Under the pieces are notes generated by a model. The model was not told the origin of the DNA, did not search any database, and saw only the letters and a program-made list of their open reading frames with translations. A program made the translations under genes and the position numbers. A stretch of 64,000 bases of DNA from Planctomycetota bacterium. GTDB lineage: Bacteria > Planctomycetota > UBA8108 > SXIK01. Each line of letters begins with the position of its first letter. Positions within the stretch are counted from its first letter, which is position 1. Shown one piece after another: positions 43,326 to 54,251 of the stretch. Where the stretch lies: NCBI GenBank assembly GCA_965223845.1, contig CBDCXR010000004.1:96001-160000 (forward strand), in the 5' to 3' direction.

Positions 43326-45932
43326 ATGCCTCGATCGCCGCGAACGTTTCTTTCGGTCTGTTGGCTCCTCGTTCTCGGTGCCCCCGCCTACAGCGAAGAC
43401 GCCAAGCGCTCGCCCAAGTTCGAGGGTGCAATCGTCGAGCCGCCCTCGCGCGATTTCGACTTCCGTCACCTGAAGCTCGAGTGCGAGTTCGATTGGGAGG
43501 AGGAATCGGTCGACGGCACCGTGACGCACACGGTCGCGGCGCTCGAGCGGGGAGCACGCAGAGTGAAGCTCGATTCGGTGGGAATCGATATCCGTTCGGT
43601 CGAGCTCGAGAGCGGTGGCGCCCTCTCCTTCGAGACGAAGAAAGAGTCGCTCGAGGTCGACATCGGACGTGAACTCGAAGCCGGCGAGGAGGTCACGTTC
43701 CGGATCCACTACCGCGCCGAGCCGCGCCTCGGCGTCTACTTCAAGAAACCTCTGCCCGGAAGTCCGGACATCCCGAAGCAGATCTGGACGCAGGGCGAAA
43801 CCCACGAAGCACGGCACTGGATTCCGTGTTTCGACCATCCGAGCGACAAGCTGACCACCGAGACGTTGATCACCGTCCCACGCGAGCTGACGGCGATCTC
43901 GAACGGCGCACTCATCGAGAAGCGGGCCGTCGACGGCGACCGCGAGCTCTTTCACTGGCGGCAGAAGAATCCGCACACGACGTATCTCATCACGGTCGTC
44001 GTCGGCAAGTTCTCGGAGTGGAAGTCGGAAGTAGACGGCATTCCGCTCGCGGGCTACGTGCGCGAACGATTTGCCGACCGCGCCGAGCGGAGCTTCGGAC
44101 AGACCGCCGACATGATGCGGTACTTCAGCGAGAAGTTCGGCTACCCGTACCCCTGGGAGCGTTACGACCAGCTCTGCGTGTTCGAGTTTCCCTACGGAGG
44201 AATGGAGAACACGACGGCGACGACGCTCACCGAGTACACCCTCCACGACGCGAACGCGGCGCTCGACATGTCGAGTGTGCCGCTCGTCGCACACGAGCTT
44301 GCGCACCAGTGGTTCGGCAATCTCGTCACCTGCCGGGATTGGGGCGACATCTGGATCAACGAGAGCTTCGCCTCGTTTTCGGAGACCCTCTACGCCGAGC
44401 ACTACCAGGGGGCTGACGAGGCGATGTGGCGCCGACACGGTCAGGCCGAATCATACAAGCGCGAGGACCGGGGCCGCTACCGCCGCCGGCTCGCGACTCG
44501 GCGGTACGCCGAGCCGAGTGATGTCTTCGATCGCCACGCCTATCCGAAAGGCGCGCGAGTGCTCGACATGCTTCGCCATGTGCTCGGCGACGACAAGTTT
44601 TTCCGCGGGATTCGGCACTACCTGCATCGAAACGCCTTTCGCTCCGTCGAGAGCGCGGATTTTCGCATCGCCATGGAAGAGGCGACGGGCGAGAGCCTTC
44701 GTTGGTTCTTCGATCAATGGGTGCACATGGGTGGACATCCCGAGTACCGCGTCGCGACCGAGTGGGACGAGGGTCGGGGCTCGCTCGCGGTCACGGTCGA
44801 GCAAACGCAAACCGTGGACGACTTGACGCCGCTCTTCGACATGCCGGTCGTGATCGAGGTCACGACACCTTCAGGGGCGAAACGGCACAGCGTTCGCGTC
44901 TCGCAGGCAAAAGAAGAGTTCACGCTCCCCGCACCGGAACGTCCGCGCATGGTGCGGTTCGATCCGGGAGATTCGATCCTGAAGGATCTCGAGTTCGACA
45001 AGAGCCGTGAGGAGCTGACGTACCAGCTCGAACACGACAAAGACATGCGCGGGCGCGATCGTGCTGCGCGCGGTCTCAAGGAGTTCGTGAGTCACGAATC
45101 CGTCGTGGAGTCGCTGCTCGGGCGAATCGAGAAGGAGAGCTTTTGGGGGGTGCGCCAGTCGATCGTCCGGACGCTCGACGAGCTGCCGAAGGACAAGCCG
45201 ATCCGCGAACGAGTCACCCGCGCGCTTCGAGATCGTTTCGGTCGTGAGACGAAGGCAGCCGTCCGGCGCGCGATCGTCGACTTAGTAGCGAAGACGGGTG
45301 GCGACGGCGCTCCGGAGTTTCTTCGAGAGGTCGTGGCGAACGAGCCGTCCTACACGACGACGGCCGCGGCGCTACGTGGACTGGGACGCGTGCTCGGCGC
45401 GGGCGCACGTGCCGACGCGGAGGCGGCGCTCGAGCGCGATAGTCACGCCGAGCAGATCCGTTCCGCGGCGTTCGACCTGCTCACGCAGGACGTCGAAAAA
45501 CTCGAGGACAGCGACCGCGACCGCCGCATCGAAATCCTCGCGAAGTGGGCCGAAGAGGGAAAGTCGCGCCCCATTCGCACGCGAGCGCTCCGCGCGATCG
45601 CGCGCCTCGGACGTGGACGGGACGCCGCGTACAGCATTCTCCGCGAGGCACTCGACGACCGTAACGCCCGCGTTCGCCGCACGGCAGTGAGCGCGCTCGG
45701 GTCACTCGGCGATGCGCGGGCGATTCCGGCGCTCGAGGCGTTGAAGGGGAGTGAAGCGGTGGCGCTTCTCCGCAACTTCGACGAGGAAATCGATCGGGCG
45801 ATCGACCGGATCCGGGAGCAACAGAAACCGGACTCGGCCATCGCGAAGCTGGAAGAGCGCGTGCGTGAGCTGGAGAAGAAGATCGCGGAGCTCGAGGCGG
45901 GCTCGGAAGCTTCGGGCGCTGAGGAAGAGTGA
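43326..45932 (+). CDS. M1 family aminopeptidase with HEAT repeats, secreted
   Basis: WIPCFDHP, GGMEN, HELAHQWFG..WINESFA, YPKGA; C-terminal HEAT repeats and coiled coil. Confidence 0.93.
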   Translation: MPRSPRTFLSVCWLLVLGAPAYSEDAKRSPKFEGAIVEPPSRDFDFRHLKLECEFDWEEESVDGTVTHTVAALERGARRVKLDSVGIDIRSVELESGGALSFETKKESLEVDIGRELEAGEEVTFRIHYRAEPRLGVYFKKPLPGSPDIPKQIWTQGETHEARHWIPCFDHPSDKLTTETLITVPRELTAISNGALIEKRAVDGDRELFHWRQKNPHTTYLITVVVGKFSEWKSEVDGIPLAGYVRERFADRAERSFGQTADMMRYFSEKFGYPYPWERYDQLCVFEFPYGGMENTTATTLTEYTLHDANAALDMSSVPLVAHELAHQWFGNLVTCRDWGDIWINESFASFSETLYAEHYQGADEAMWRRHGQAESYKREDRGRYRRRLATRRYAEPSDVFDRHAYPKGARVLDMLRHVLGDDKFFRGIRHYLHRNAFRSVESADFRIAMEEATGESLRWFFDQWVHMGGHPEYRVATEWDEGRGSLAVTVEQTQTVDDLTPLFDMPVVIEVTTPSGAKRHSVRVSQAKEEFTLPAPERPRMVRFDPGDSILKDLEFDKSREELTYQLEHDKDMRGRDRAARGLKEFVSHESVVESLLGRIEKESFWGVRQSIVRTLDELPKDKPIRERVTRALRDRFGRETKAAVRRAIVDLVAKTGGDGAPEFLREVVANEPSYTTTAAALRGLGRVLGAGARADAEAALERDSHAEQIRSAAFDLLTQDVEKLEDSDRDRRIEILAKWAEEGKSRPIRTRALRAIARLGRGRDAAYSILREALDDRNARVRRTAVSALGSLGDARAIPALEALKGSEAVALLRNFDEEIDRAIDRIREQQKPDSAIAKLEERVRELEKKIAELEAGSEASGAEEE

Positions 45933-45937
45933 GAAGA

Positions 45938-46197
<260 letters not shown>

Positions 46198-46216
46198 TTC
46201 TCTATCCGGGAATCAC

Positions 46217-46864
46217 TCACACCGAAACCTCCTCGAACGAATCCACGACCATCGAGGCTTCGCTCAATTCCGCGCGTCCGTGCGTTGTCGTGATCGCTAC
46301 GACATTCATACCGGCTGCGTTCGCCGCCGCCACGCCCGTCGGCGAGTCTTCGATGACGAAGCAGTCCGTCGGTGCGAGGCGCAGTCGTTCCGCGGTGAGT
46401 CGGTAGATTTCCGGATCCGGCTTCGGGCGCTCTGCCATCGTCCGGTCGACGACCACTTCGAACAGATCCCGCGCCCCGATCGCTTCGAGGAACGGGAGTG
46501 GAGTTCGACTCGCCGTTGCGACCGCAGTGCGAAGGCCTCGGGCGCGCACCCGCCGGACGAATTCGAGGCTCCCCGGGATCGGGTCGAGCCCTTCGCGCGC
46601 TAAGTACTCATAGACGTGCCGTTCCTTCTCGGCCATCAGCCGAGCGAGGAGATCGGGGGCGATCGAGTCACCGGCGACCGTTCGAATGACAAGCTCTCGC
46701 GGCGCTCCGATCCCGACGTCGAGGTAGTGCTCCCACGAGAACTCGATGCCGAGCGGCCGGAATGTCTCACGGAACGCGTACCAATGGAGCTCCGACGACG
46801 AGATGAGAACGCCGTCCATGTCGAAGATCGCAGCTCGGTATCGGTGTGGCTCGTCGTGGGACAT
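46217..46864 (-). CDS. HAD-superfamily phosphatase (beta-PGM-like)
   Basis: FDMDGVL, ATAS, KPDPEIY, IEDSPTGVAAA. Confidence 0.92.
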   Translation of the reverse strand: MSHDEPHRYRAAIFDMDGVLISSSELHWYAFRETFRPLGIEFSWEHYLDVGIGAPRELVIRTVAGDSIAPDLLARLMAEKERHVYEYLAREGLDPIPGSLEFVRRVRARGLRTAVATASRTPLPFLEAIGARDLFEVVVDRTMAERPKPDPEIYRLTAERLRLAPTDCFVIEDSPTGVAAANAAGMNVVAITTTHGRAELSEASMVVDSFEEVSV

Positions 46865-47028
46865 TCGGGGCTCCGGGCGGGGCTGGAACTCTATCGTTCT
46901 TTCGAGGGAGGGGCAAGCGACGCACACGCGATTCGGGTGTGGCTCGCCGGAGCTGCGGTTTCCCCCTATCATGAAGGAGTGCCACCCACACCGGAGGTAG
47001 TCTCAACACTCTCGGGAGTCCTATCGCC

Positions 47029-47442
47029 ATGGAGTCATCGCGCGGGAAACGAACCGCGACGTTTTTCGTCATCGCCGGCCTTGCGATCGGGGTTGCCGTG
47101 ACTTTTATGATGTCTCGCGATGCCGTGGCGCGATGGTTTCGCGGCGGAGCACGCGAGCCGCTCCCCGTCGTGGCTGCCGCGGAGCCGGCGCGGGTCACCA
47201 TCGCCGCGGGAAAAGTCTCACTCGAAGAGTTCGCTAGTTTTCTCGAGCACGGCACGGGCCTGACCGTGCTCATGGGGAAGGGGGCCGGCGAGCGCGTAGT
47301 GGACGTCAAGAAACCGGTCCCGGACGCCGATGTCGAAATCGTTCGCGAGCTCCTCGAGAGCGAGGGCTACGCGGTCGAGAAAGACACGCTCCCGAACGGA
47401 AGAGACGTCGTTCGCGTCGAGTGGCTCGCCGACGAGAGTTGA
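47029..47442 (+). CDS. Membrane-anchored hypothetical protein, possible secretin N0-like domain
   Basis: N-terminal TM; VSLEEFASFLEHGTGLTVL..IVRELLESEGYAV resembles GspD N0. Confidence 0.5.
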   Translation: MESSRGKRTATFFVIAGLAIGVAVTFMMSRDAVARWFRGGAREPLPVVAAAEPARVTIAAGKVSLEEFASFLEHGTGLTVLMGKGAGERVVDVKKPVPDADVEIVRELLESEGYAVEKDTLPNGRDVVRVEWLADES

Positions 47443-47588
47443 CCGACGTCCTCGGCCGGCTCGCGAGTCCGGCGCCGTTGATGGCCTATCGGGCTTCTGG
47501 TACGATTCGACATCGACCGATGATGAGGTTCGCAACTGACGATTCAGTCGCAGTTAACGAACAAATCACACGCGGACGCACACCCTGA

Positions 47589-47665
47589 GGCGGCGTAGCC
47601 AAGTGGCCTAAGGCAACGGTTTGCAAAACCGTCATTCACCGGTTCAAATCCGGTCGCCGCCTCCA
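47589..47665 (+). tRNA. tRNA-Cys (GCA)
   Basis: GGCGGCG/CGCCGCC acceptor stem, ACGGT-TTGCAAA-ACCGT anticodon arm, GGTTCAAATCC T arm, U discriminator and encoded CCA. Confidence 0.97.
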
Positions 47666-47911
47666 CTTTTTCCTTCGTGAAGGCGTTCGCGGGGGGCAGC
47701 GAACCGCTGCGTTGTTCTGGTCGGCCTGGTCTGGGCGTGGCCGGTCAGACGCAACTCCGCCGCGAGCCGACTCCGTTTCCGCGCGGCGGTATGAGTCGCT
47801 GGATCTAGTCGCCACGAGCGACGGTGGGGATCGGCCACACTCCACTTGCGCGCGAGGCCAGTTTCCTCGCGTCGAATCACCCACTTTCGATTGCATCGGA
47901 GAGCCCCTAGC

Positions 47912-50554
47912 ATGAAACCCGCCGACATAGTCTCTATCGCACTGGTGATCGGCTTTGCTCTGTCGAGCTCACCGGGAGCGGCGCACGCCGACGCGCCGCG
48001 TGCTTCCCGTGCGATCGTCGACTCCTCGCTCGTGTTCGAAGAGAAGAACGGACTCGTTGCGGTGGAAGCCGAACACTTTTTCGAGCAAACGCTCACTGCG
48101 AAGCGCGGCTGGTACGTGACGACTGCGAATGCGACGCCCGAGGTCGAGCCGGACGGCGATCCGAGCCACATCGCCGGCGCGAGCGGTGGCGCGTACCTCG
48201 AGGCGCTTCCCGACACGCGGCGGAGTCACGGCGACCGCTTGATCCACGGAGAGAACTTCTCGAACCAGCCCGGGAAGATGGCCGTCCTCTCGTACCGGGT
48301 CTGGTTCAACACGCCGGGCAAGTACTACGTCTGGGCTCGTATCTACTCGACCAACACGGAGGACAACGGCCTTCACGTGGGGATCGACGGCACGTGGCCG
48401 GAGTCGGGCGCGCGCATGCAGTGGACGGCAAAACGTCGATGGTTCTGGGACAGCAAACAGCGCACTCAGGAAAAACATACCGGCGAACGCTACAAGCTGT
48501 TCCTCGACGTCGACAAGCCCGGGCTACACACGATTCAGTTCGCGATGCGCGAAGACGGAATCGAGTTCGATCGCTGGCTGATGACGACGGATCGAGACTT
48601 CGCCCGGCCCGAGGGACACGGGCCGCAAACGCTCGTCCGCGCGGGCGAGCTGCCTCCGGCCCTGCGCACAGTGCCGGCGCCGAAGGATGATGCTCGCCCG
48701 GACCCCGGACCGCCTCTCGTCTCGCCGCGACAGCCGGACGGCGATGGTCGGGTCCACGTCTCCGGCGAGCTCGCGACCTGGCACAAGGTAACCATCACCG
48801 TCGACGGACCGTTTGCGCACGAGCGGGATCGCGCTCCGAATCCGTTCGTCGACTATCGAATGTCGGTCGAGTTCGAGCACGAGTCCGGCGAACGAAGCTA
48901 CGTCGTTCCCGGCTACTTCGCGGCGGATGGCAACGCGGCAGAGTCGTCGGCGGACTCCGGGACGCGGTGGCGCGCGCACTTCGCGCCCGATCGAGCGGGC
49001 GCGTGGGCGTACCGAGTTTCGTTTGTCCGCGGGAAGAACGCGGCGCTCGATCGCTCGATCGCGGGCGAGCCGGTCGCGGGCTGCGACGGCCGGACGGGGA
49101 ACTTCGCCGTTCAGCCCTCCCGCAAGACGGGCCGCGACTTTCGCGCGCACGGGCGACTCACGTACGTCGGGCAGCGCTACCTTCGATTTGCCGGGAGCGG
49201 CGAGTACTTCCTGAAGGCCGGACCCGACGCGCCCGAGACCTTTCTCGCGTATCGAGACTTCGACGGGACCGAGTCGCGGAAGGCTCCGCTCAAGTCGTGG
49301 GAGCCGCACAGTCGCGATTGGCGAGGCGGCGACCCGACGTGGAAGGACGGTAAGGGAAAGGGAATCATCGGTGCGCTCAACTATCTTGCGAGCGAGGGGC
49401 TGAACGCGTTCTCTTTTCTCACCTACAACGCCGGCGGCGACGGCGAGAACGTTTGGCCGTTTGTCGCTCCCGAAGCGAAGCTCCACTACGACTGCTCGAA
49501 ACTCGATCAGTGGCAGATCCTGTTCGATCACGCGCAATCGCTCGGTCTCTATCTCCACTTCAAGATGCAGGAACAGGAGAACGATGATCGGCGAAAAGGG
49601 AAGAGCTCGGACGGTTCGGTTCCCGCGGCACTCGACGGCGGAGCTCTCGGCATCGAGCGGAAACTCTACTGCCGCGAGCTGGTGGCGCGATTCGGACACG
49701 CGCTCGCTCTCAACTGGAATCTCGGCGAGGAAAACACGCAGTCCCCGGAAGAGCAGCGTGCGATGGCCCGATACCTTCGCGAGGTTGACGCGTACGACCA
49801 TCACATCGTCGTGCACACGTTCCCCAATCAGCAGGACTCGGTGTACGAGAAGCTCCTCGGCGAGCAATCAGTCCTCACCGGAGCGTCGCTTCAGAATCAC
49901 TGGAACGTTGCGCATGCGAGAACACTCAAGTGGGTGCTCGAGTCCGAGAAGGCCGGGCGGCCGTGGGTGTGTGCAAACGACGAACAGGGGCCGGCGCAGC
50001 TCGGCGTTCCGCCCGATCCCGGCTACGAGGGCAAGGACGGCTGGGCAGTAGAGAAAGATCGGCGCTACAACCTGCACGACATCCGGAAGGCGACTCTCTG
50101 GGGGACGCTCATGGCCGGCGGCGCTGGAGTCGAGTACTACTTCGGCTACAAACTTCCGCAGAACGATCTCATCTGTGAAGACTTTCGCAGCCGAGATCGA
50201 TCTTGGGACTACTGCCGCTACGCGCTCGAATTCTTCCGGCGTCACCGAGTTCCCTTCCACTCGATGCGGAACGCCAATCGGCTCATCGGAAACACGAACG
50301 CCGGAAACTCGGCGTACTGTTTCGCGAAGGAGGGCGAGCTGTATGTGGTATACGCGAGCCGAGCCACGGATGCGCCGAGGCTCGATCTCTCCGGCGCGAC
50401 CGGGCGCTTTTCGGTGGCCTGGTTCAACCCGAGAAGCGGTGGTGAGCTTCAGGCCGGGAGCGTCCGCGAGGTCGGGGCGGGCTCGCCGGTCTCCCTGGGC
50501 TCGCCGCCGAGCGACCCGGACGAGGACTGGGTCGCCGTCGTTCGTCGAAGCTGA
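47912..50554 (+). CDS. Secreted DUF5060-domain putative glycoside hydrolase with C-terminal putative collagen-binding domain
   Basis: FEEKNGLVAVEAEHF, WHKVTITVDGP..NPFVDYR, GYFAADG, WNLGEEN, NDEQG, GAGVEYYFG, WFNPRSG..DWV. Confidence 0.8.
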   Translation: MKPADIVSIALVIGFALSSSPGAAHADAPRASRAIVDSSLVFEEKNGLVAVEAEHFFEQTLTAKRGWYVTTANATPEVEPDGDPSHIAGASGGAYLEALPDTRRSHGDRLIHGENFSNQPGKMAVLSYRVWFNTPGKYYVWARIYSTNTEDNGLHVGIDGTWPESGARMQWTAKRRWFWDSKQRTQEKHTGERYKLFLDVDKPGLHTIQFAMREDGIEFDRWLMTTDRDFARPEGHGPQTLVRAGELPPALRTVPAPKDDARPDPGPPLVSPRQPDGDGRVHVSGELATWHKVTITVDGPFAHERDRAPNPFVDYRMSVEFEHESGERSYVVPGYFAADGNAAESSADSGTRWRAHFAPDRAGAWAYRVSFVRGKNAALDRSIAGEPVAGCDGRTGNFAVQPSRKTGRDFRAHGRLTYVGQRYLRFAGSGEYFLKAGPDAPETFLAYRDFDGTESRKAPLKSWEPHSRDWRGGDPTWKDGKGKGIIGALNYLASEGLNAFSFLTYNAGGDGENVWPFVAPEAKLHYDCSKLDQWQILFDHAQSLGLYLHFKMQEQENDDRRKGKSSDGSVPAALDGGALGIERKLYCRELVARFGHALALNWNLGEENTQSPEEQRAMARYLREVDAYDHHIVVHTFPNQQDSVYEKLLGEQSVLTGASLQNHWNVAHARTLKWVLESEKAGRPWVCANDEQGPAQLGVPPDPGYEGKDGWAVEKDRRYNLHDIRKATLWGTLMAGGAGVEYYFGYKLPQNDLICEDFRSRDRSWDYCRYALEFFRRHRVPFHSMRNANRLIGNTNAGNSAYCFAKEGELYVVYASRATDAPRLDLSGATGRFSVAWFNPRSGGELQAGSVREVGAGSPVSLGSPPSDPDEDWVAVVRRS

Positions 50555-50595
50555 TCGCGCGCGGGAAGCCGCGATGTTCTTCGGGGGTGACCGGA

Positions 50596-51486
50596 TTACC
50601 GCCGGAACTCGAGCGCGTCCGTGAATCCGCGCGACGCGGCGTTCGCCACGGCGGCGACGAGGGCGTCCTCGCGCCGGACGCAGAGGATCGTGCCGCTCGT
50701 ATCGAACTGCACGCAGCCTTCGCAGTTGTGTCCGTTTGCGGCCATTTCCTTCTCGACCCAGTCCGGCGCCGTCATGCTCGATGCGGCGAGGACGAACACC
50801 GATGCGAGCGTGCGGGGCCCCTCTCCGATGGGCGTGACGGGAGTCCCGTCGCGCGGACGGAAGTCGATGCGGATCGCCTTCTGGCCGGCGAGCGTCTCCT
50901 CCGACCAACCGACGAGATCGCAGCCGGGAATCGTCGGCACGCCGCTCATTTCGACGCCGAGATCTCGGAGCCGCGTGGCGATCGCCTCGAGCTCGGTCGA
51001 CGCGGCGAGCTCGGAGTCGACGGGCTGGGCACCGAGACGCGCGAGGAACGCTTGTGCGGCGCTCTCCGCGAGCGCGTGGTGCGACGCCGGATCCGCCCCG
51101 GGAGGAGCGACGAAGAACACGAGGGTCGCGAGGATCAGAATCGCGGCGGCGACGGCGAATCGAACTGCGGTTCGATGGCGCTCGCGGCTCGCGATCGTTT
51201 CGATGGCGCCGCTGGTTCCGCGTGGCTCGCGCTCGCCCTCGAGGTGTTCGCGAACGCGAGCGGCGAGACCCGACGGGACCGAGATCGACGTCGCGTGGCC
51301 CCGGACGAATTCCTTCAGCCGAGTGCCCTCCGACTGGATCCGGGCACAGTCCGGACAGCTCTCGAGGTGAGTCTCGATCTTCGCGCGGTCGAGACCCGAG
51401 TCGCCGCCGGCCGGGTCTTCCCCGTCGAGATACCGCCCGAGCTCCGCCCGAACCGCCTCGCAGGTGATCGAACCGTCGCGCCTCAT
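50596..51486 (-). CDS. Zinc-finger (ZAS, zf-HC2) membrane anti-sigma factor
   Basis: CEAVR..YLDGE..HLESCPDC followed by a TM helix; adjacent to the ECF gene. Confidence 0.88.
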   Translation of the reverse strand: MRRDGSITCEAVRAELGRYLDGEDPAGGDSGLDRAKIETHLESCPDCARIQSEGTRLKEFVRGHATSISVPSGLAARVREHLEGEREPRGTSGAIETIASRERHRTAVRFAVAAAILILATLVFFVAPPGADPASHHALAESAAQAFLARLGAQPVDSELAASTELEAIATRLRDLGVEMSGVPTIPGCDLVGWSEETLAGQKAIRIDFRPRDGTPVTPIGEGPRTLASVFVLAASSMTAPDWVEKEMAANGHNCEGCVQFDTSGTILCVRREDALVAAVANAASRGFTDALEFRR

Positions 51487-51487
51487 G

Positions 51488-52120
51488 TCAGTGTTTCACT
51501 CGCTTCTCGCTCGGACCGAAGCCGAGCTCCTTCGCGTACTCGTGCAGCCGGTCTCGAAGTTGCTGGCGCGCCCGTGAAATCCGGGAGCGAACCGTGCCGA
51601 CGGGGCAGTCGAGGATCCGGCCGATCTCTTCGTAGCTCAACTCTTCCACGTCGCAGAGAAAAAGCGCCGATCGAAACGACGTCGGCAGCTCCTCGAGGTG
51701 CCGCTTGAGCTCGTCGCCGCATTGTTCGTAAAGGGCCCTCTCGTCCTCGGGAGAGAACGCCGCACCGCCGCTCACCGACCCGGGCCAGGATTCGACGGCA
51801 TCGTCGACCCCGACCGCCATCTCGGTCATGTCGGCGACCTGCGGAGCGAGCTTCATTCTCCGGATATGATCGATATGCAGATTGCGCGCGATTCGGAACA
51901 GCCACGCTTTGAGGTCGGTTCCCGGACGAAAGAGATCTCGCTTCCGGAGCGCCTGGACGAACGTGTCCTGCGCCAGATCCTCGGCCTCGGGCGGGCTGCC
52001 CGTCAGGTACACCGAGAAGCGATAGACCGCGTCGAGGTGCGCGAGCGCCTCCGTCTCGAAGGCGGCGGCAGCCGCTTCGGCTTCGGCGTTGTCGGGCGAC
52101 CCTGCAGCGTGCTGATCCAT
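51488..52120 (-). CDS. ECF sigma-70 factor
   Basis: EAEDLAQDTF, KAWLFRIARN, LSYEEIG..CPVGTVRSRISRAR. Confidence 0.93.
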   Translation of the reverse strand: MDQHAAGSPDNAEAEAAAAAFETEALAHLDAVYRFSVYLTGSPPEAEDLAQDTFVQALRKRDLFRPGTDLKAWLFRIARNLHIDHIRRMKLAPQVADMTEMAVGVDDAVESWPGSVSGGAAFSPEDERALYEQCGDELKRHLEELPTSFRSALFLCDVEELSYEEIGRILDCPVGTVRSRISRARQQLRDRLHEYAKELGFGPSEKRVKH

Positions 52121-52417
52121 TGCGGGAACGATCGGGGAGTCTCGGTGAGTTCCATGAATTTTGCTCGAGCTTCGTTTATAACGCGGGATCCCGATCGTTG
52201 AAAGCGCCACTCGTTTCTCAAGTTACGTCATCGGACCCGCGCTCGTGAGAATCCGTCCGGCGGCCGTTTCCGTCCCTTCTCCACGCGCCCGGTGCGCGCC
52301 GAGGGGCGGCGTGCGATCCGGCGCGGGTGCCCCCGTCTGCCGGGCACGGCCAGGCTGGACGTCCGGGAGAGTCGAGGGAGCGGGGAAAAGATCGCGGCGA
52401 ACGGGGAGGAGATCGTC

Positions 52418-54166
52418 GTGAGCGAAGCTCTTCCCGCCGACGTGAAGTCGTGGCTGCGAGACGTCGAGCAGCGCGTAGCGGCGCTCGATGTTCCGGCGGC
52501 GCTTTACGCGCAGGCGGGAGATGTCGCCGGCGCGCTCGCGCGAACGAGCCGGAGACTCGAGGAGGGCCCTCTCGCGCCCCTTCGTGTCGCGTTCTTCGGT
52601 CCGACGGGAGCGGGAAAGAGCAAGCTCTTCAACTCGCTCGGCGGCGCCGACGTCAGTCCGTCGCACTTTCGCCGCCCGTGCACGCGCGCCGCCGTGAGCC
52701 TCGTCCACGAAGATCACTCCGCCTACGCCGACGCTCTCGGCGGGGAGTGGCGCTCCCATCGGGATCCGCGCTGGCGAGAGGCTCTCTTCGTCGATACGCC
52801 GGACTTCGACAGCGTGGAGGCGGCAAATCGGGTCGAAGCCGAACGCGTCTGGAACGAATCGGACGCGATCGTGCTCGTCGCCGACGTCAACAAGTACGGC
52901 GATCAATCGACTTGGGAGTATGTCGGGCGACTGATCTCCGCACGGCGTCCGTTTATCGTCGTCCTCAACAAGGTGGTCGGCAAAGCTCCGGTGACGGACT
53001 TCTTCGCGCGCCTCGACGCCGCACTTCCGGAGTCCGAATCTTCGCTCGATGAGTTCGATGGACGGAGGCGGGTCGTCGTGCGCGAACATCCGATCGCGGA
53101 CGCGGACCTGATCCCGGAGAGTGACCCGGGGCTCGGCGAGCTCATCCGCGAAACGGAAGCTCTGATCGGCAGCGACTCGAGGAGACGAGCGTGGCTCGCC
53201 GCACGACTCCGAACCGACGTCGAGCTCGCTGCCGCGCGGTGGAACGAGACGAGCGCCGGACTCCGCGCCTATCTCGACGCGCACGAGCGTCTCGCGGGCG
53301 AGCTCGAGAAGATTTTCGCGGACGAATCGGAACGACTCCGGAGAACGCTCGAGACGGACCTCGACTCGAGCGTCAAGAAGCAGGTCTTCGCGCGCGTACT
53401 TTCGGAGATCGAGCGAATCGATCTCCTCCGCTACCCGAGGAAGCTCTTGGCGCTTCCCATCGAAGGGATCAAGACCATCTACCGGCGCTTCTTTCCCGCG
53501 GATCCAGCGATCGACTCCGCTTCCGCGGCGCGCGTCGATACGAGCGGAGCCCGACCGACGGTCGAAGCGCGCGCTCTCGCCATGGTGGAGCGGGCGTCGG
53601 TGGCGCTTCAGCGCGAGGCCGCCGTCGCCGGAGTCGTAGCCGTGCGCGGCGCCGGTGACGCAGCGGCCTCGGCGGTCCCGTCGCTCGGCCACGACGAGAC
53701 CGCGGAGCTCGTCGAATCGCGCGAAAACGAGTTTCGCGAGTGGCTGCGCGCCGAGGTCGAGGATACGGCGGCGAAGCTCACGGGAGAGAACAAGCTCAAG
53801 TTCATTTTGGCGCAGGTTCTCTACAACGGCGTCGTCGTCGGCGTGCAGATCCACACCGCGGGCGGCTTGATGGTGTCCGAGGTGGTGACGGACGCGGTGC
53901 TGAGTCCACTCGTCGCCAAGGCCGTCGGCCTCGCCGTCTCGAGCGAGCAGGTCTCCGCGTTCGAGAAGCGTGCGCGAGACGAGCGTTACCGTCGTCTCGT
54001 CGAAGTGCTGGAGACGCTGTACCGGCGCCAGATCGAGGCGCTCACTCCTCCGGTCGCCTGGCGCGAGGAGTTCGAGGCTCTCGACGCCGAGCTCGAGCGT
54101 CTCGGACGCGGGGCCGACGGGATCGTCGATCGCTTCCTCCAGGTGCCGAGTGGGACCGAACGATGA
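52418..54166 (+). CDS. Dynamin-like/TRAFAC GTPase 1
   Basis: G1 GPTGAGKS, G2 RPCT, G3 DTPD, G4 NKVV; helical stalk and hydrophobic C-terminal segment. Confidence 0.8.
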   Translation: MSEALPADVKSWLRDVEQRVAALDVPAALYAQAGDVAGALARTSRRLEEGPLAPLRVAFFGPTGAGKSKLFNSLGGADVSPSHFRRPCTRAAVSLVHEDHSAYADALGGEWRSHRDPRWREALFVDTPDFDSVEAANRVEAERVWNESDAIVLVADVNKYGDQSTWEYVGRLISARRPFIVVLNKVVGKAPVTDFFARLDAALPESESSLDEFDGRRRVVVREHPIADADLIPESDPGLGELIRETEALIGSDSRRRAWLAARLRTDVELAAARWNETSAGLRAYLDAHERLAGELEKIFADESERLRRTLETDLDSSVKKQVFARVLSEIERIDLLRYPRKLLALPIEGIKTIYRRFFPADPAIDSASAARVDTSGARPTVEARALAMVERASVALQREAAVAGVVAVRGAGDAAASAVPSLGHDETAELVESRENEFREWLRAEVEDTAAKLTGENKLKFILAQVLYNGVVVGVQIHTAGGLMVSEVVTDAVLSPLVAKAVGLAVSSEQVSAFEKRARDERYRRLVEVLETLYRRQIEALTPPVAWREEFEALDAELERLGRGADGIVDRFLQVPSGTER

Positions 54167-54251
54167 GACTCCGCGCGGCCCACGCCTCGATGTTCTCGGC
54201 GCACGGCACTCGCTCCTCGTGCCGGTTCCCGCTGCGCGTGAGGGCGAGGCG

